64,000 bases of DNA from a virus (IMGVR_UViG_3300037294_000405:91283-155282), one strand, 5' to 3'. Positions 21,278-31,023 are shown, counted from the first letter of the stretch. The notes: generated by a model from the sequence alone, not told the origin. Translations and numbers: made by a program.

Positions 21278-22707
21278 TGAGATATCAAGAACCAATATAC
21301 ATTCAAAATGAAAACGGTGCGGTAAGAAACAAAGATATTCTGAATGTCAACATGAGTTCAGATATTTGTGTTTTTCAAAGCCCACAATATTCACTTAGTG
21401 GTGCATCTAAAATAGATTGTTCTGGTTCAACTAGCGGCACTTCTTATATTATTACTGCTACGATACAAAATATTCCTCTAACTTTTGATTTTACTGCGAA
21501 CACTATTTCATTTATTGATACTGGTGCTTTGTTTAGGTTTGAGGTTTATAAATATTCAGATATTTTTAGTGGGTTTAGTTCAACACCTGTATATAAATCA
21601 GAAACACTAAATTATTCGACATTTAGCGCTACTAATATGACTACACAATATGTTCCATCTAGTGGTTTAACTCTTGATGGTGAATACATAATTAAACCAT
21701 ATTATTCTTTTGGTGTATGTACTGATTTTTTGAGTAAATTAAACAAAACTGTCGACACATCGACATTCATTTCTGGAACAGAATACGGTATTTATGACAA
21801 AGAATTTGATTATTATTTTATGGCGATGAAACAAGCCGAAATACCTGTTTTAACACAAAATAGTAGTAATTCAGCTGAAATAGGTCAATTAACACAACAA
21901 GTAATTATACCTAGTGATGGGCAAGTAACCTTTAATATTCAAAACGGTGTTATTGGTGATTTTGTTGTTACGTTAAACGGTTTGGTGTTAGCTTTAGGTG
22001 AAGATTATTCTTTTTCTGGTAATGTAGTATATTTGAGTGGTGAAACTTTTTCTGACGACATAATTACAGCTATTTATTCAACTAGTGGTGGTTACAATAT
22101 GGTAAGTGATAACATAAATATAAAAACACCTATTGTGAGTGGTTTTACTGATAGTCAAGGTTCTAATGATGTTTATTTTAACACAAACACTGATAAATAC
22201 GAAATATATGCTTCAATTACACCACAGGATGGTGGTAGTGTTATAGTGATGTTAAATGGAGCTACGTTAGCAAATAATATAGACTATTTCCAATCAATTA
22301 CTAACCCAAAAAGAATTATCCTTCAAGGTACGTTGATAGTTAACGATATTATAACAATAGTGTATTTTCCTAGAGCCACCTCTTCTATGGGTTTAAATAC
22401 AAACACACCAATTGTATCTTGGGGTATAAACGAATCACCAACGATTCAAAATGGTTATTTTACCCTAGAGGTATCGACTGGTGATACATTTAATTCATTA
22501 TATTATAGTGGTATTACGGATTATCAAGTCGGTGTTAGTTATTATAGTCAAGGTTTCGTTGCTGATGGAACAGTAGGTACTACTTTATACTATAGAGTAA
22601 AAAATGAAAAAAATTACATAACTATTTGTGGTGATAACGTTAACAGTACATCGTATAGTGAAATAATTCCAGTGATAATTCAAAGTAATTCGATAAATTC
22701 GTATTAA
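21277..22707 (+). CDS. Putative virion structural protein (beta-rich)
   Basis: 476 aa with repeated V.LNG..L....DY modules. Confidence 0.65.
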   Translation: MRYQEPIYIQNENGAVRNKDILNVNMSSDICVFQSPQYSLSGASKIDCSGSTSGTSYIITATIQNIPLTFDFTANTISFIDTGALFRFEVYKYSDIFSGFSSTPVYKSETLNYSTFSATNMTTQYVPSSGLTLDGEYIIKPYYSFGVCTDFLSKLNKTVDTSTFISGTEYGIYDKEFDYYFMAMKQAEIPVLTQNSSNSAEIGQLTQQVIIPSDGQVTFNIQNGVIGDFVVTLNGLVLALGEDYSFSGNVVYLSGETFSDDIITAIYSTSGGYNMVSDNINIKTPIVSGFTDSQGSNDVYFNTNTDKYEIYASITPQDGGSVIVMLNGATLANNIDYFQSITNPKRIILQGTLIVNDIITIVYFPRATSSMGLNTNTPIVSWGINESPTIQNGYFTLEVSTGDTFNSLYYSGITDYQVGVSYYSQGFVADGTVGTTLYYRVKNEKNYITICGDNVNSTSYSEIIPVIIQSNSINSY

Positions 22708-22763
22708 TATTATTTACTATTGGATATTTATAAGTAAAATAAAGAAAAAGATATTTATAAAAT

Positions 22764-24899
22764 ATGAGTTACATAATTAAAAACACAAGTCCGTTTGTTA
22801 GCATAAAGTTAACACAAAAAGGACGTGAGCAATTGGCCCAAGGTAAATTAAATTTTAATTACTGGGCAATTGGAGATTCTGAAATTAACTACAATAGAGA
22901 AGCTATTGTGGACGCAAACCCTACTGACGTAACATTATCAGCAACTAGTGCTGTGTTTAGACCATTTGATAAACAACCAAATATAAAAACATTTATCACA
23001 CCAAACGGTACCATCGACCCATTTCAAACGGTTAATGGTTCGGTTTTAAATGTTGTCAAAGCGATTGTTAATAATGAAGCTGATGAAAGAGGGTTTTTTC
23101 AACGTTCTGGTTCAACATTTACAACACTTACTGATTCAACTTATACTCTATTCTCAACAAACTTATCAAATTCAGTGTTTACTGGTGGTACTAGTTTTAA
23201 CATTACAAGTACGGATATAAATGTTGGTGATGTTATTTTAATCAAATTAGTGAATGACACAATTGGTAACATTATTAATAATGAAAACAGTAGAGCACTT
23301 CCAAATCTTTGGTTTAAAGTTCAAGCAACTGGAATTGGGTATGTTACTGTAGATAGAAACTTACCAAATTTATCTGCTCAAACTGCATCAAGCCAAGTTA
23401 TTGTTTATAGAGGTGGTGAGGTTTACGAAACTATAGCTACTGGAACAACAACGGCTTATTGGGATTCTGGTACTTTATCTTTTGATTCAAACGTAAATGT
23501 TACGTGTCAAGATGTCCCAGTTTGGAATATGAATAATGTTTGGTGTGAAGATATTGCTGGTGTTACTGGTTTGTCTACTACTAACTTATACGAAAACTAC
23601 ACTAAGTTTGGTTCGTATAGATATTTAGGCGCTAAAAACCCTTATATGGAATATCTTTGTCAATCAACTGGTCAAACTCTAACATTTAATTGTAACGGTC
23701 CAGGTGTAAGTTATCCAGATGATGTGGTTAAATCTATTTCTATTATTCACTACACAAATAATACTATATCTAATTTATATGGTGAATTCTTTTACACTGA
23801 TTCAGTATCTGGTAAGTATTTGAGTTTGCATATGCCAGATTTAATGTATCATAGGCATTCTGGTACTACTGGTAGTGGAACATCTATGGGTATGACATTT
23901 ATAGCTACAGGTGCAACACAAGTAATGACTAATAGTGATATAGAATATATTGATTTAATTGAAGACCCTACACTAATCGCTTTGGCATCGACACCTAAAG
24001 TTGTTGGTAGAATTTACCCGCAATTAAAAACATGTGTTATTCATGACGATGAAATTGTTGCGGCAACTTCTTATAAATCAAACAGAAACTGGACACTCCC
24101 AGAATTAGCTGCAACATTACAAGCACCTACTGGTGGTACATCTAATGGTGTATTAGCCATTAACGATACAATGTATTTAACGTACATTTTAGAAAACACT
24201 ACAGGTACTGGTTTAACGACTTCTATGTCTTGCCAAGAATATATCAAAATAACAAATAATACTTCATCTGCTAAAGATGTTGCATTTAGAATCAACGAAA
24301 CTGATTTATTACCTTACATGCGTAAATTAGAATCTGGTTATGATGGTTACGGTTTTTATGCTGATAAATTCACATTAGTTTATCAAATGGTACAAGACCC
24401 AACTGACCGTCCAGACCCAGGAGCGTGGAAAGCTTTTGATTTTACAACAACAGCAATTACTGGTGGTGCTGGTGAAACTATTGACCCTAAATTATTAGAA
24501 GGTCAAACACCAACAACGACTGGGTTTATTATTGATAAATTAAAAGACTTGTCAGCAACAACATTTAGTCTTATCGCTGCGTTAAATTTACCAGCAAACA
24601 CACAACCAGAAGAATTACAATTCGGTGATGAAAGATTCTTTTACGGAAATTTAACAACATTCATCGGTGCAACAATATACAAAACAATCTTCGATATTAG
24701 AGTTGACGCTAGCCTGTTTAATACGACTACTAACCCAACTAGAAGCAAAGATTTGTTAACAAACCCACCAAATATTAAAATTACTGAGGTAGGAATTTAC
24801 GATACGGATAAAAATCTTGTATGTATTGGTAAATTATCTAATCCAGTTCCTTTGGTTGGTGGTAATATAATAATGATTGAATTATCAATGGACTTTTAA
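22764..24899 (+). CDS. Putative tail/baseplate fibre-attachment protein
   Basis: N-terminal KLTQKGREQLA and C-terminal ITEVGIYD..NLVCIGKL, a tail-collar-like signature. Confidence 0.65.
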   Translation: MSYIIKNTSPFVSIKLTQKGREQLAQGKLNFNYWAIGDSEINYNREAIVDANPTDVTLSATSAVFRPFDKQPNIKTFITPNGTIDPFQTVNGSVLNVVKAIVNNEADERGFFQRSGSTFTTLTDSTYTLFSTNLSNSVFTGGTSFNITSTDINVGDVILIKLVNDTIGNIINNENSRALPNLWFKVQATGIGYVTVDRNLPNLSAQTASSQVIVYRGGEVYETIATGTTTAYWDSGTLSFDSNVNVTCQDVPVWNMNNVWCEDIAGVTGLSTTNLYENYTKFGSYRYLGAKNPYMEYLCQSTGQTLTFNCNGPGVSYPDDVVKSISIIHYTNNTISNLYGEFFYTDSVSGKYLSLHMPDLMYHRHSGTTGSGTSMGMTFIATGATQVMTNSDIEYIDLIEDPTLIALASTPKVVGRIYPQLKTCVIHDDEIVAATSYKSNRNWTLPELAATLQAPTGGTSNGVLAINDTMYLTYILENTTGTGLTTSMSCQEYIKITNNTSSAKDVAFRINETDLLPYMRKLESGYDGYGFYADKFTLVYQMVQDPTDRPDPGAWKAFDFTTTAITGGAGETIDPKLLEGQTPTTTGFIIDKLKDLSATTFSLIAALNLPANTQPEELQFGDERFFYGNLTTFIGATIYKTIFDIRVDASLFNTTTNPTRSKDLLTNPPNIKITEVGIYDTDKNLVCIGKLSNPVPLVGGNIIMIELSMDF

Positions 24900-24900
24900 T

Positions 24901-26103
24901 ATGGGATTTAATAACACTGCAACAACACTTACGCTAACGGCTAAGTTAACTCCACTTGGTAGACAAAAAATTGTATCTACCAATAATGCATTAATCAAAA
25001 CTTTTAGTCTTGGTGACTCAGATGCTAATTACCACACTAACTTAACACTAGGTACTGGTCAAATACCTGGAATTGGTGGTGATATTGGTACTAACTCTAC
25101 AATTAGTAATAGTACAACACAGTCTATTGGTATGAAAACTATGCTTATAGTAAACTCTAGTGGTGTGTTAACCAAACCTGTTTCTTCTCAATCAATTAAT
25201 GTTTTGTCCGAAATAATACCTAATGGTGTGGTTACGGTTAATGCTGCTAATATATCACAATCTTTAGTTAATAGAAACGACATAACTACTGATAACTTGG
25301 TTAATTTATTTTATTCATTTGGTTTACCTTTAAACACTAATGATGACACAAAATATACTGGTATTACTTACACGAATGGTGGTTACTCCGATACTGCTTT
25401 AAGTGCTTTTAGTGCAACAAAAATACTTGTAATTGCGATAAATAATAATAACTACGGTGAGTGTATTGATGGTAAAACATTTAAACTTGAACTACCAACA
25501 TCTGCTGGGACGTATACTATTTATTCTACTTATTTAGGTGGGAACAATACATTGGTAACATTAGATAATCTTATTTCAGATAACGCATTGCAAACTAATC
25601 AATTTGGTAATAATGTGGCTGCTTTGGTTTCTGATGATATCATGAAACCAAATGGCGGTGATGCGGCTAAAAGTTGGGCTACGGGTTATAATACTGAAAA
25701 ACCGTTCTCGTTAAACCAAAAACAAACATACAATTTTCAAACAAATTCTAATTTAGGTGTTACGGCTGACACATTGGTTGGTATGGTTTATTTAGATAAA
25801 GGGTTTGCTGTCATTACTGACCAAACAATAGTAAATAATTTCAATCAATCTGCTTCAACAGCAACGACAGTAATGTTTAATAGTGTTTCAACAAATGTAT
25901 ATCAAAGTATAACATGTATTGCTGATAGAGGTGAGTTCGGTTCAACAACAAACCCTACTTTTGATATTGGAGATATCCCTAGAATTAGTGAAGTTGGTTT
26001 ATTTGATGATGCTGGTAATTTAATTGCTGTCGCTAAAACAGACCGTCACATAATAAAAAACGTTAACGAATTTTTGGCTTTGGGAATAAAAATAACTCTT
26101 TAA
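24901..26103 (+). CDS. Putative tail/baseplate protein, paralogous in its termini to the upstream gene
   Basis: KLTPLGRQK...FSLGDSDANY and ISEVGLFD..GNLIAVAK. The ATG at 24901 directly follows the upstream stop. Confidence 0.65.
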   Translation: MGFNNTATTLTLTAKLTPLGRQKIVSTNNALIKTFSLGDSDANYHTNLTLGTGQIPGIGGDIGTNSTISNSTTQSIGMKTMLIVNSSGVLTKPVSSQSINVLSEIIPNGVVTVNAANISQSLVNRNDITTDNLVNLFYSFGLPLNTNDDTKYTGITYTNGGYSDTALSAFSATKILVIAINNNNYGECIDGKTFKLELPTSAGTYTIYSTYLGGNNTLVTLDNLISDNALQTNQFGNNVAALVSDDIMKPNGGDAAKSWATGYNTEKPFSLNQKQTYNFQTNSNLGVTADTLVGMVYLDKGFAVITDQTIVNNFNQSASTATTVMFNSVSTNVYQSITCIADRGEFGSTTNPTFDIGDIPRISEVGLFDDAGNLIAVAKTDRHIIKNVNEFLALGIKITL

Positions 26104-26148
26104 GGTTTATTTTTTTTGTTTATAGGTTAAATTAATGTAAAAAGTGTT

Positions 26149-26211
26149 ATGATTAAAGAACCAGAATTTTTATTGGCGTTAGATGTATCAACATCAAAAT
26201 TATTTAATTAA
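26149..26211 (+). pseudogene. Stranded original N-terminus of the RuvC-like gene
   Basis: MIKEPEFLLALDVSTSKLFN* versus KEPEFLLSLDVSTS at 27149+. Confidence 0.85.
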
Positions 26212-26270
26212 AGTGTCATTAAAATACAACTTTTTATTTTATCGTGATATTTATAATAAACAAAAATATT

Positions 26271-26420
26271 ATGGCAAGACCAAAATTAAAAGAAGAAGAT
26301 AAAAAAATTAGACTAGGTGTAACAATATCTAGAGAACTATATAAAAAAATTGATTCGGAAACAAACAATAAATCTGAATTTATTGAGAAACTATTAACTA
26401 AATATTTTTATGAAAAGTAA
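26271..26420 (+). CDS. Small ribbon-helix-helix-like DNA-binding protein (49 aa; absent from ORF track)
   Basis: MARPKLKEEDKKIRLGVTISRELYKKIDSETNNKSEFIEKLL...; ATATTTATA at 26247; overlaps the endonuclease start. Confidence 0.7.
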   Translation: MARPKLKEEDKKIRLGVTISRELYKKIDSETNNKSEFIEKLLTKYFYEK

Positions 26421-27159
26421 TGGTATTTATAGGATAGTTAATAATATAAACGGTAAAGTTTATATTGGAAGTACTGGAAGCAAAGGTGGTTTTAAAAAAA
26501 GATGGTCATATCATTTAACTGATTTGAAACAAAATAAACACCATTCCAGACATTTACAAAGAGCTTGGAATAAATATGGTGAAAATTCATTTGTATTTGG
26601 AATAATAGAAATAATTGAAAATTTTACTAAAGAAACGTTATTAATTAGAGAACAATATTATTTAGATTTATATAAATCATATGATGTTAATTTAGGTTAT
26701 AATATATGTAAGAATGCTGGTAGTTCTTTAGGTGTTAAAAAAACACCAGAACAAATAAAACAAATGTCTGAGTTAAGAAAAGGAAAACCAATACCATGGT
26801 TGAATAATGGTCAACCAAGAAGTAAAGAGCATATAGAAAATTTAAAAAATGCCTGTATTGGTAAAATATCTGAGAAATTAGATAAGACATATGAAGAAAT
26901 TTACGGTGAGGAAAAAGCTATAAAATTAAAGAAAAAATTAAGTGAATCACATATTGGGGTTAATACTGGTGAAAAACACCCGAAAGCAAAATTAGTACAA
27001 CAATTTGATATGGATAATAATTTAATTAACGAATTCAGTTGTTCAATTACAGCTAGCGAAGTATTAAATATACCAGCAAAAAGTATAAGAATGTGTTGTG
27101 GTGGGTTTGCAAAAACAGCATATGGTTTTAAATGGAAATATAAAAATTATGAAAAATAA
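26410..27159 (+). CDS. GIY-YIG homing endonuclease with NUMOD1 tail
   Basis: GIYRI...YIGST, HLQRAWNKYG, REQYY, GYNI; C-terminal TAYGFKWKY. Confidence 0.92.
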   Translation: MKSNGIYRIVNNINGKVYIGSTGSKGGFKKRWSYHLTDLKQNKHHSRHLQRAWNKYGENSFVFGIIEIIENFTKETLLIREQYYLDLYKSYDVNLGYNICKNAGSSLGVKKTPEQIKQMSELRKGKPIPWLNNGQPRSKEHIENLKNACIGKISEKLDKTYEEIYGEEKAIKLKKKLSESHIGVNTGEKHPKAKLVQQFDMDNNLINEFSCSITASEVLNIPAKSIRMCCGGFAKTAYGFKWKYKNYEK

Positions 27160-27811
27160 AATAGAAAAAGAACCAGAATTTCTTTTAAGTCTGGATGTAT
27201 CAACTTCAACCATTGGTATTGCATTATTTGAAGATATGGGTAACAAGGGTGAATTAAAACTTTTACACCATGTATCACCAAAAGTTAAACCAAAACCAGA
27301 AACAAAAACGGAAGAATTGTTTAGGAAAATTGAAATATTTGAAAATGAATTTCTTTCACACTATAGTGATTTTGGTATTACTAGGGTTGTTATCGAAGAA
27401 CCACTACTTCAGTCAAACAATGTTTACACGATTGCCACCTTATTAAGGTTTAATGGTATGATTTCAAAATCTATTTACGATACTTTAGGTATTGTACCAG
27501 AGTTCATCTCTTCTTATGATGCACGTAAATACGCATTTCCAGAGCTTATGGACGTTAGAAAAGCAAAAAAGGATGGAACACCTTTAGCTGATAAACAAAT
27601 AGCTAAAAACGCTCCTGTGTTGTTTGGGGGTTATCCATTTAATGTTGACAAGAAAATGGTGATTTTCGAAAATGTATGTGATTTAGAACCGCAAATAAAA
27701 TGGATGTTAGATAAAAAAAATAAACTAAAAAAAGAAAATTTCGACATGAGTGATGCCTATGCTTGTGGGTTAGCTTGGTTTAACCTTAGAAAGATAAAAA
27801 GAGATAATTAA
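27149..27811 (+). CDS. RuvC-like Holliday junction resolvase
   Basis: LDVSTSTIG (catalytic Asp), VIEEP, DMSDAY: RNase H-fold D/E/D/D set. Likely start is the ATG at 27149. Confidence 0.8.
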   Translation: MKNKIEKEPEFLLSLDVSTSTIGIALFEDMGNKGELKLLHHVSPKVKPKPETKTEELFRKIEIFENEFLSHYSDFGITRVVIEEPLLQSNNVYTIATLLRFNGMISKSIYDTLGIVPEFISSYDARKYAFPELMDVRKAKKDGTPLADKQIAKNAPVLFGGYPFNVDKKMVIFENVCDLEPQIKWMLDKKNKLKKENFDMSDAYACGLAWFNLRKIKRDN

Positions 27812-27825
27812 TTATCTCTTTTTAT
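27794..27825. repeat. Perfect 32-bp palindrome centred on the shared TTAA stops of two convergent genes
   Basis: ataaaaagagataatt|aattatctctttttat. Confidence 0.9.
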
Positions 27826-28554
27826 TACTCTATTTATATAACCACATAATGGTTTAAGGTTAGTATAGTGGTTAAGTTTAATTAATTCGTCTTCACACAT
27901 TGCTTTTGATTGTGGTATGATATGGTCAATATCCCAACCATAATTTTTTGTCCCATTATATATTCCTCTATTATCCCAAGTCATCCATGATTCCCAAAGT
28001 GATTCAATATGTTGTTTAAAATATTCATAAGAACATCCTAATATTTCATGTGACCTAGATTTTTTAGTAAACCCATTCTTTTTTAATGCGCTGTTAATCA
28101 TTCGATTCATATAACATCTTAAATTAAAAACTGGGTCGATTTTTTTTCTTTCTTTTGTTTTTTCATTTCGAATCTGTTTATATTGTTCGTTATACTCTTT
28201 GTAGTATTCTGGATTTTTATTATTCCATTCTTTTTTATAATTCGGGTTATTAATAACCCATTCTTTTTGCTTTTCTTTTATGTTAAGAATATTTTCCTCT
28301 CTATATTTTTTTGATGTCTCTTTTATATTTTCTATGTTATTATAATAATAACTTTTACTTTTTTGTTTAATTATTTCGCTGTTATCCTTATAATATTCTT
28401 TAATTGTTTCGCTGTTATCCTTATAATATTCTTTAGAATAATTCGAATTACATATTTTACATATTGTTCTTAATCCATCTTTAGTAATTTTATGTTTACC
28501 AAATTCTGTTATTGGTTTTAATACTTCACATTTTTTACATTTTTTAATTTCCAT
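27808..28554 (-). CDS. HNH homing endonuclease (minus strand; track label '+' is wrong)
   Basis: The + strand reads CAT at 28552-28554. CxxC...CxxC zinc ribbon, WDIDHIIP, HYTNLKPL..N. Confidence 0.88.
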   Translation of the reverse strand: MEIKKCKKCEVLKPITEFGKHKITKDGLRTICKICNSNYSKEYYKDNSETIKEYYKDNSEIIKQKSKSYYYNNIENIKETSKKYREENILNIKEKQKEWVINNPNYKKEWNNKNPEYYKEYNEQYKQIRNEKTKERKKIDPVFNLRCYMNRMINSALKKNGFTKKSRSHEILGCSYEYFKQHIESLWESWMTWDNRGIYNGTKNYGWDIDHIIPQSKAMCEDELIKLNHYTNLKPLCGYINRVIKRDN

Positions 28555-28616
28555 AATCTTGTTTTATTATAAATATATTGAAATTACAAAAAAACATATT
28601 TTTTTAAGTTTGTGAT

Positions 28617-28792
28617 ACAAGAAATATGTTTTATGGGAAAAAGTTGCTGAATTAGAACCACAAGTTACTTGGTTTTATGATAAAAACAACAAATTAAAAA
28701 AGGAAACATTCGATACATCTGACGCATACGTTTGTGCTATAGGTTATATGAATAAAATAGGTCTTTGGCCTAGGCAACCAAATCAATTCTAA
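28617..28792 (+). pseudogene. Stranded original C-terminus of the RuvC-like gene
   Basis: KKYVLWEKVAELEPQVTWFYDKNNKLKKETFDTSDAYVCAIG... aligns without gaps to KKMVIFENVCDLEPQIKWMLDKKNKLKKENFDMSDAYACGL. No start codon at the homology boundary. Confidence 0.88.
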
Positions 28793-28798
28793 AATTAT

Positions 28799-28829
28799 TT
28801 GGAAAAACAGTTTTAATTTCGTACCTTTG
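28799..28829 (+). promoter_or_regulatory. Bacteroidota-type housekeeping promoter TTG-N20-TAnnTTTG (representative copy)
   Basis: Same spacing recurs at 30196, 36829, 54471, 55073, 58856, 60079, 61754 and 63525. Confidence 0.85.
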
Positions 28830-28833
28830 TCGA

Positions 28834-29790
28834 ATGGCAATGTTATTAGTTAACATATTAGAAAGTTTTTTAGGTGAAACTAGAAAACATAATGAAGACA
28901 CTGGGCAAATCGCATTTGATTGTCCAGCATGTTCTGCTGAAAAAGGTTTAATAGATGGTGATGGTAAAGGTAATCTAGAGATTAACTATCAAATGAACAA
29001 GTTTAAATGTTGGTCATGTCATGAAATTAACCATATGCGTGGCCCAGTTTTAAAACTTTTAAAAAAATACGCAACACCTAAAAATATTCGAGATTATTTA
29101 TTGGTAAAACCAGATGCTGAATTTATTACCAATATAGAACGTGAACGAGTATTATTAACCCTACCAGAAGGGTATAAACGACTGTCTGATTGCACAGAAA
29201 AAGACTACAAAGCAAATTTAGCGTTAAATTATTTAAAAACCAGAGGTATTACAGATGATATCATAGATGAATACGATATTGGTTATACTTATCGTGGTAA
29301 ATTCTTCAATAGGATAATTATTCCGTCTTACGATTCGGAAGGTGAATTAAATTATTTTATCGCTAGATGGTTTGATAAAGAATACACAAAATTAAAGTAT
29401 CTAAATCCAGACGCTGAAAAACAAGAAATCATATTTAACGAAGGGCGATTGAACTTAGATGCAACAATTTATTTAGTTGAGGGCGCAACTGACCACATAG
29501 TAACACCAAATTCTATTCCATTACTAGGTAAATTCCTTTCAAATAATCTTTTAGAGTTATTGCATGATAAGTCAGCTGGTTTTGTTGTGATTGTTTTAGA
29601 TGATGATGCGTGGGAAGATGCTAAAATTTTGTATCAACAACTAAATTTTGGTAACTTAAGAGGTAGAATAAAATTAGTTAGACCACCAGAGGGTTATGAC
29701 CCATCTAAGATTTATGAAAATTTAGGTAATAAGGGTATGACTAAACTTCTTATGGGTGCTTTTAAACCAGAGGATAAAGATGTATATTAA
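28834..29790 (+). CDS. DNA primase (DnaG-like, Zn finger + TOPRIM)
   Basis: CPAC...CWSC, YLKTRGI, RIIIP, KYLNP, LVEGATD, LDDDA. Confidence 0.88.
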   Translation: MAMLLVNILESFLGETRKHNEDTGQIAFDCPACSAEKGLIDGDGKGNLEINYQMNKFKCWSCHEINHMRGPVLKLLKKYATPKNIRDYLLVKPDAEFITNIERERVLLTLPEGYKRLSDCTEKDYKANLALNYLKTRGITDDIIDEYDIGYTYRGKFFNRIIIPSYDSEGELNYFIARWFDKEYTKLKYLNPDAEKQEIIFNEGRLNLDATIYLVEGATDHIVTPNSIPLLGKFLSNNLLELLHDKSAGFVVIVLDDDAWEDAKILYQQLNFGNLRGRIKLVRPPEGYDPSKIYENLGNKGMTKLLMGAFKPEDKDVY

Positions 29791-30173
29791 ATTGAGACAA
29801 AACCAGTATCCGTAGTGGTTGCAAAACCATTAGAGACTAAACTACCCCATACATTTTCTGCATCTGGTGATAAATAATCATCAGAATATAATTTTTTATC
29901 TTCTTTGGCGAGTGTTCTAATAATGTATTTATACATACCTTTACCCAAGCCTTGGTTTCTAAATTTATCATAAAGAACCACCCCAAATATTTTATAACCG
30001 TCTTCAAATGGTTTAAGTCTAAAACCACCCATTCTTTCGTTTTCGTAAAAAGGTATAAAAACTAACAAATTATTCACTATTTGTCTTTTTATTTTTATCT
30101 TAGATGTATCAATTTTTTCGTTTTCAGATTCTAATATTGCTTTTCTAAACTGTTCTTTAATAAAATCTTTCAT
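29787..30173 (-). CDS. GNAT-fold acetyltransferase-like protein (minus strand; track label '+' is wrong)
   Basis: The + strand reads CAT at 30171-30173. FRNQGLGK is an acetyl-CoA-binding motif. Confidence 0.7.
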   Translation of the reverse strand: MKDFIKEQFRKAILESENEKIDTSKIKIKRQIVNNLLVFIPFYENERMGGFRLKPFEDGYKIFGVVLYDKFRNQGLGKGMYKYIIRTLAKEDKKLYSDDYLSPDAENVWGSLVSNGFATTTDTGFVSI

Positions 30174-30240
30174 GGTATTCTTTTAATATAAATACTTGCA
30201 ATATAGAATAAAATTTCGTACCTTTGTAATAAAAGTAAAT

Positions 30241-31023
30241 ATGAGTAAAGCTAAATTATGGGAAGGTCCAGTATTTCTAGAACCAATAGAACATAAATAC
30301 CATCACAGGGTAACTGGTAAGACTTATAAGTCAGTTACGACAACCCTTTCATCGATTGAACCTCACTTTGATTCAGAGGCGGTTTCAGCTGCTATCGTAA
30401 ACCAATTAGATAACGTTAAACAAGAACGTTATATCGGTTTAACACAACAACAAATACTTGATTTTTGGCAAATGCTTAATGATGAAGCGAATGTATATGG
30501 TACTAAGGTCCATGACATCGTTGAGCGTTATTTATTAGCTAACAAATGGTATTTTCCAACAGATGATGAAGAAGGTGAGTTTGAACAATGCGTTATAGAT
30601 GGTTTTAATGCGTTAAAAATTGATGAGGGTGTGGCAATGTGGCCAGAACGTATATTGTTTTCTGAACAATACGAGTTAGCTGGTATGTCTGACCTTATTA
30701 TAGATATTGATGAAAAATACTTTGATGTGTGGGATTGGAAAACAAATAGAGAGTTTAACTTCTTTAACCAATACGGTAATGAAACGTTGTTTAAACCTTT
30801 TGACCACTTACAAGCGTGTCAATGGTCAATTTATACGCTTCAGTTAAGTGTTTATACATATATGTATGAATTAGAGTTTACTGGGCGTAAATGTAGACAA
30901 ATATGTATTGGGTATTGGGATAAAGAGAAAAAAACTTTTGAAAAAATTCAAATTATGTATTTGAAACATGAAGCTAAAAAGCTTATTGAGATGCATCACT
31001 ATAACTTAATGAAAAACTTATAA
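30241..31023 (+). CDS. PD-(D/E)XK nuclease (RecB/Cas4-like exonuclease)
   Basis: SVTT, GTKVH, E..L, AGMSDL, DWKT, Y..QLSVY. The track's TTG start overlaps the promoter, so the ATG at 30241 is preferred. Confidence 0.82.
   Translation: MSKAKLWEGPVFLEPIEHKYHHRVTGKTYKSVTTTLSSIEPHFDSEAVSAAIVNQLDNVKQERYIGLTQQQILDFWQMLNDEANVYGTKVHDIVERYLLANKWYFPTDDEEGEFEQCVIDGFNALKIDEGVAMWPERILFSEQYELAGMSDLIIDIDEKYFDVWDWKTNREFNFFNQYGNETLFKPFDHLQACQWSIYTLQLSVYTYMYELEFTGRKCRQICIGYWDKEKKTFEKIQIMYLKHEAKKLIEMHHYNLMKNL

Noticed and set aside
26212-27148. Group I intron explanation for the endonuclease insertions
   Set aside because: Flanks are short and AT-rich with no room for a ribozyme core, and the duplicated termini make splicing unnecessary.
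27808-28554. ORF-track strand label '+'
   Set aside because: The given protein is encoded by the reverse complement (CAT at 28552-28554); annotated as minus.
29787-30173. ORF-track strand label '+'
   Set aside because: The given protein is encoded by the reverse complement (CAT at 30171-30173); annotated as minus.
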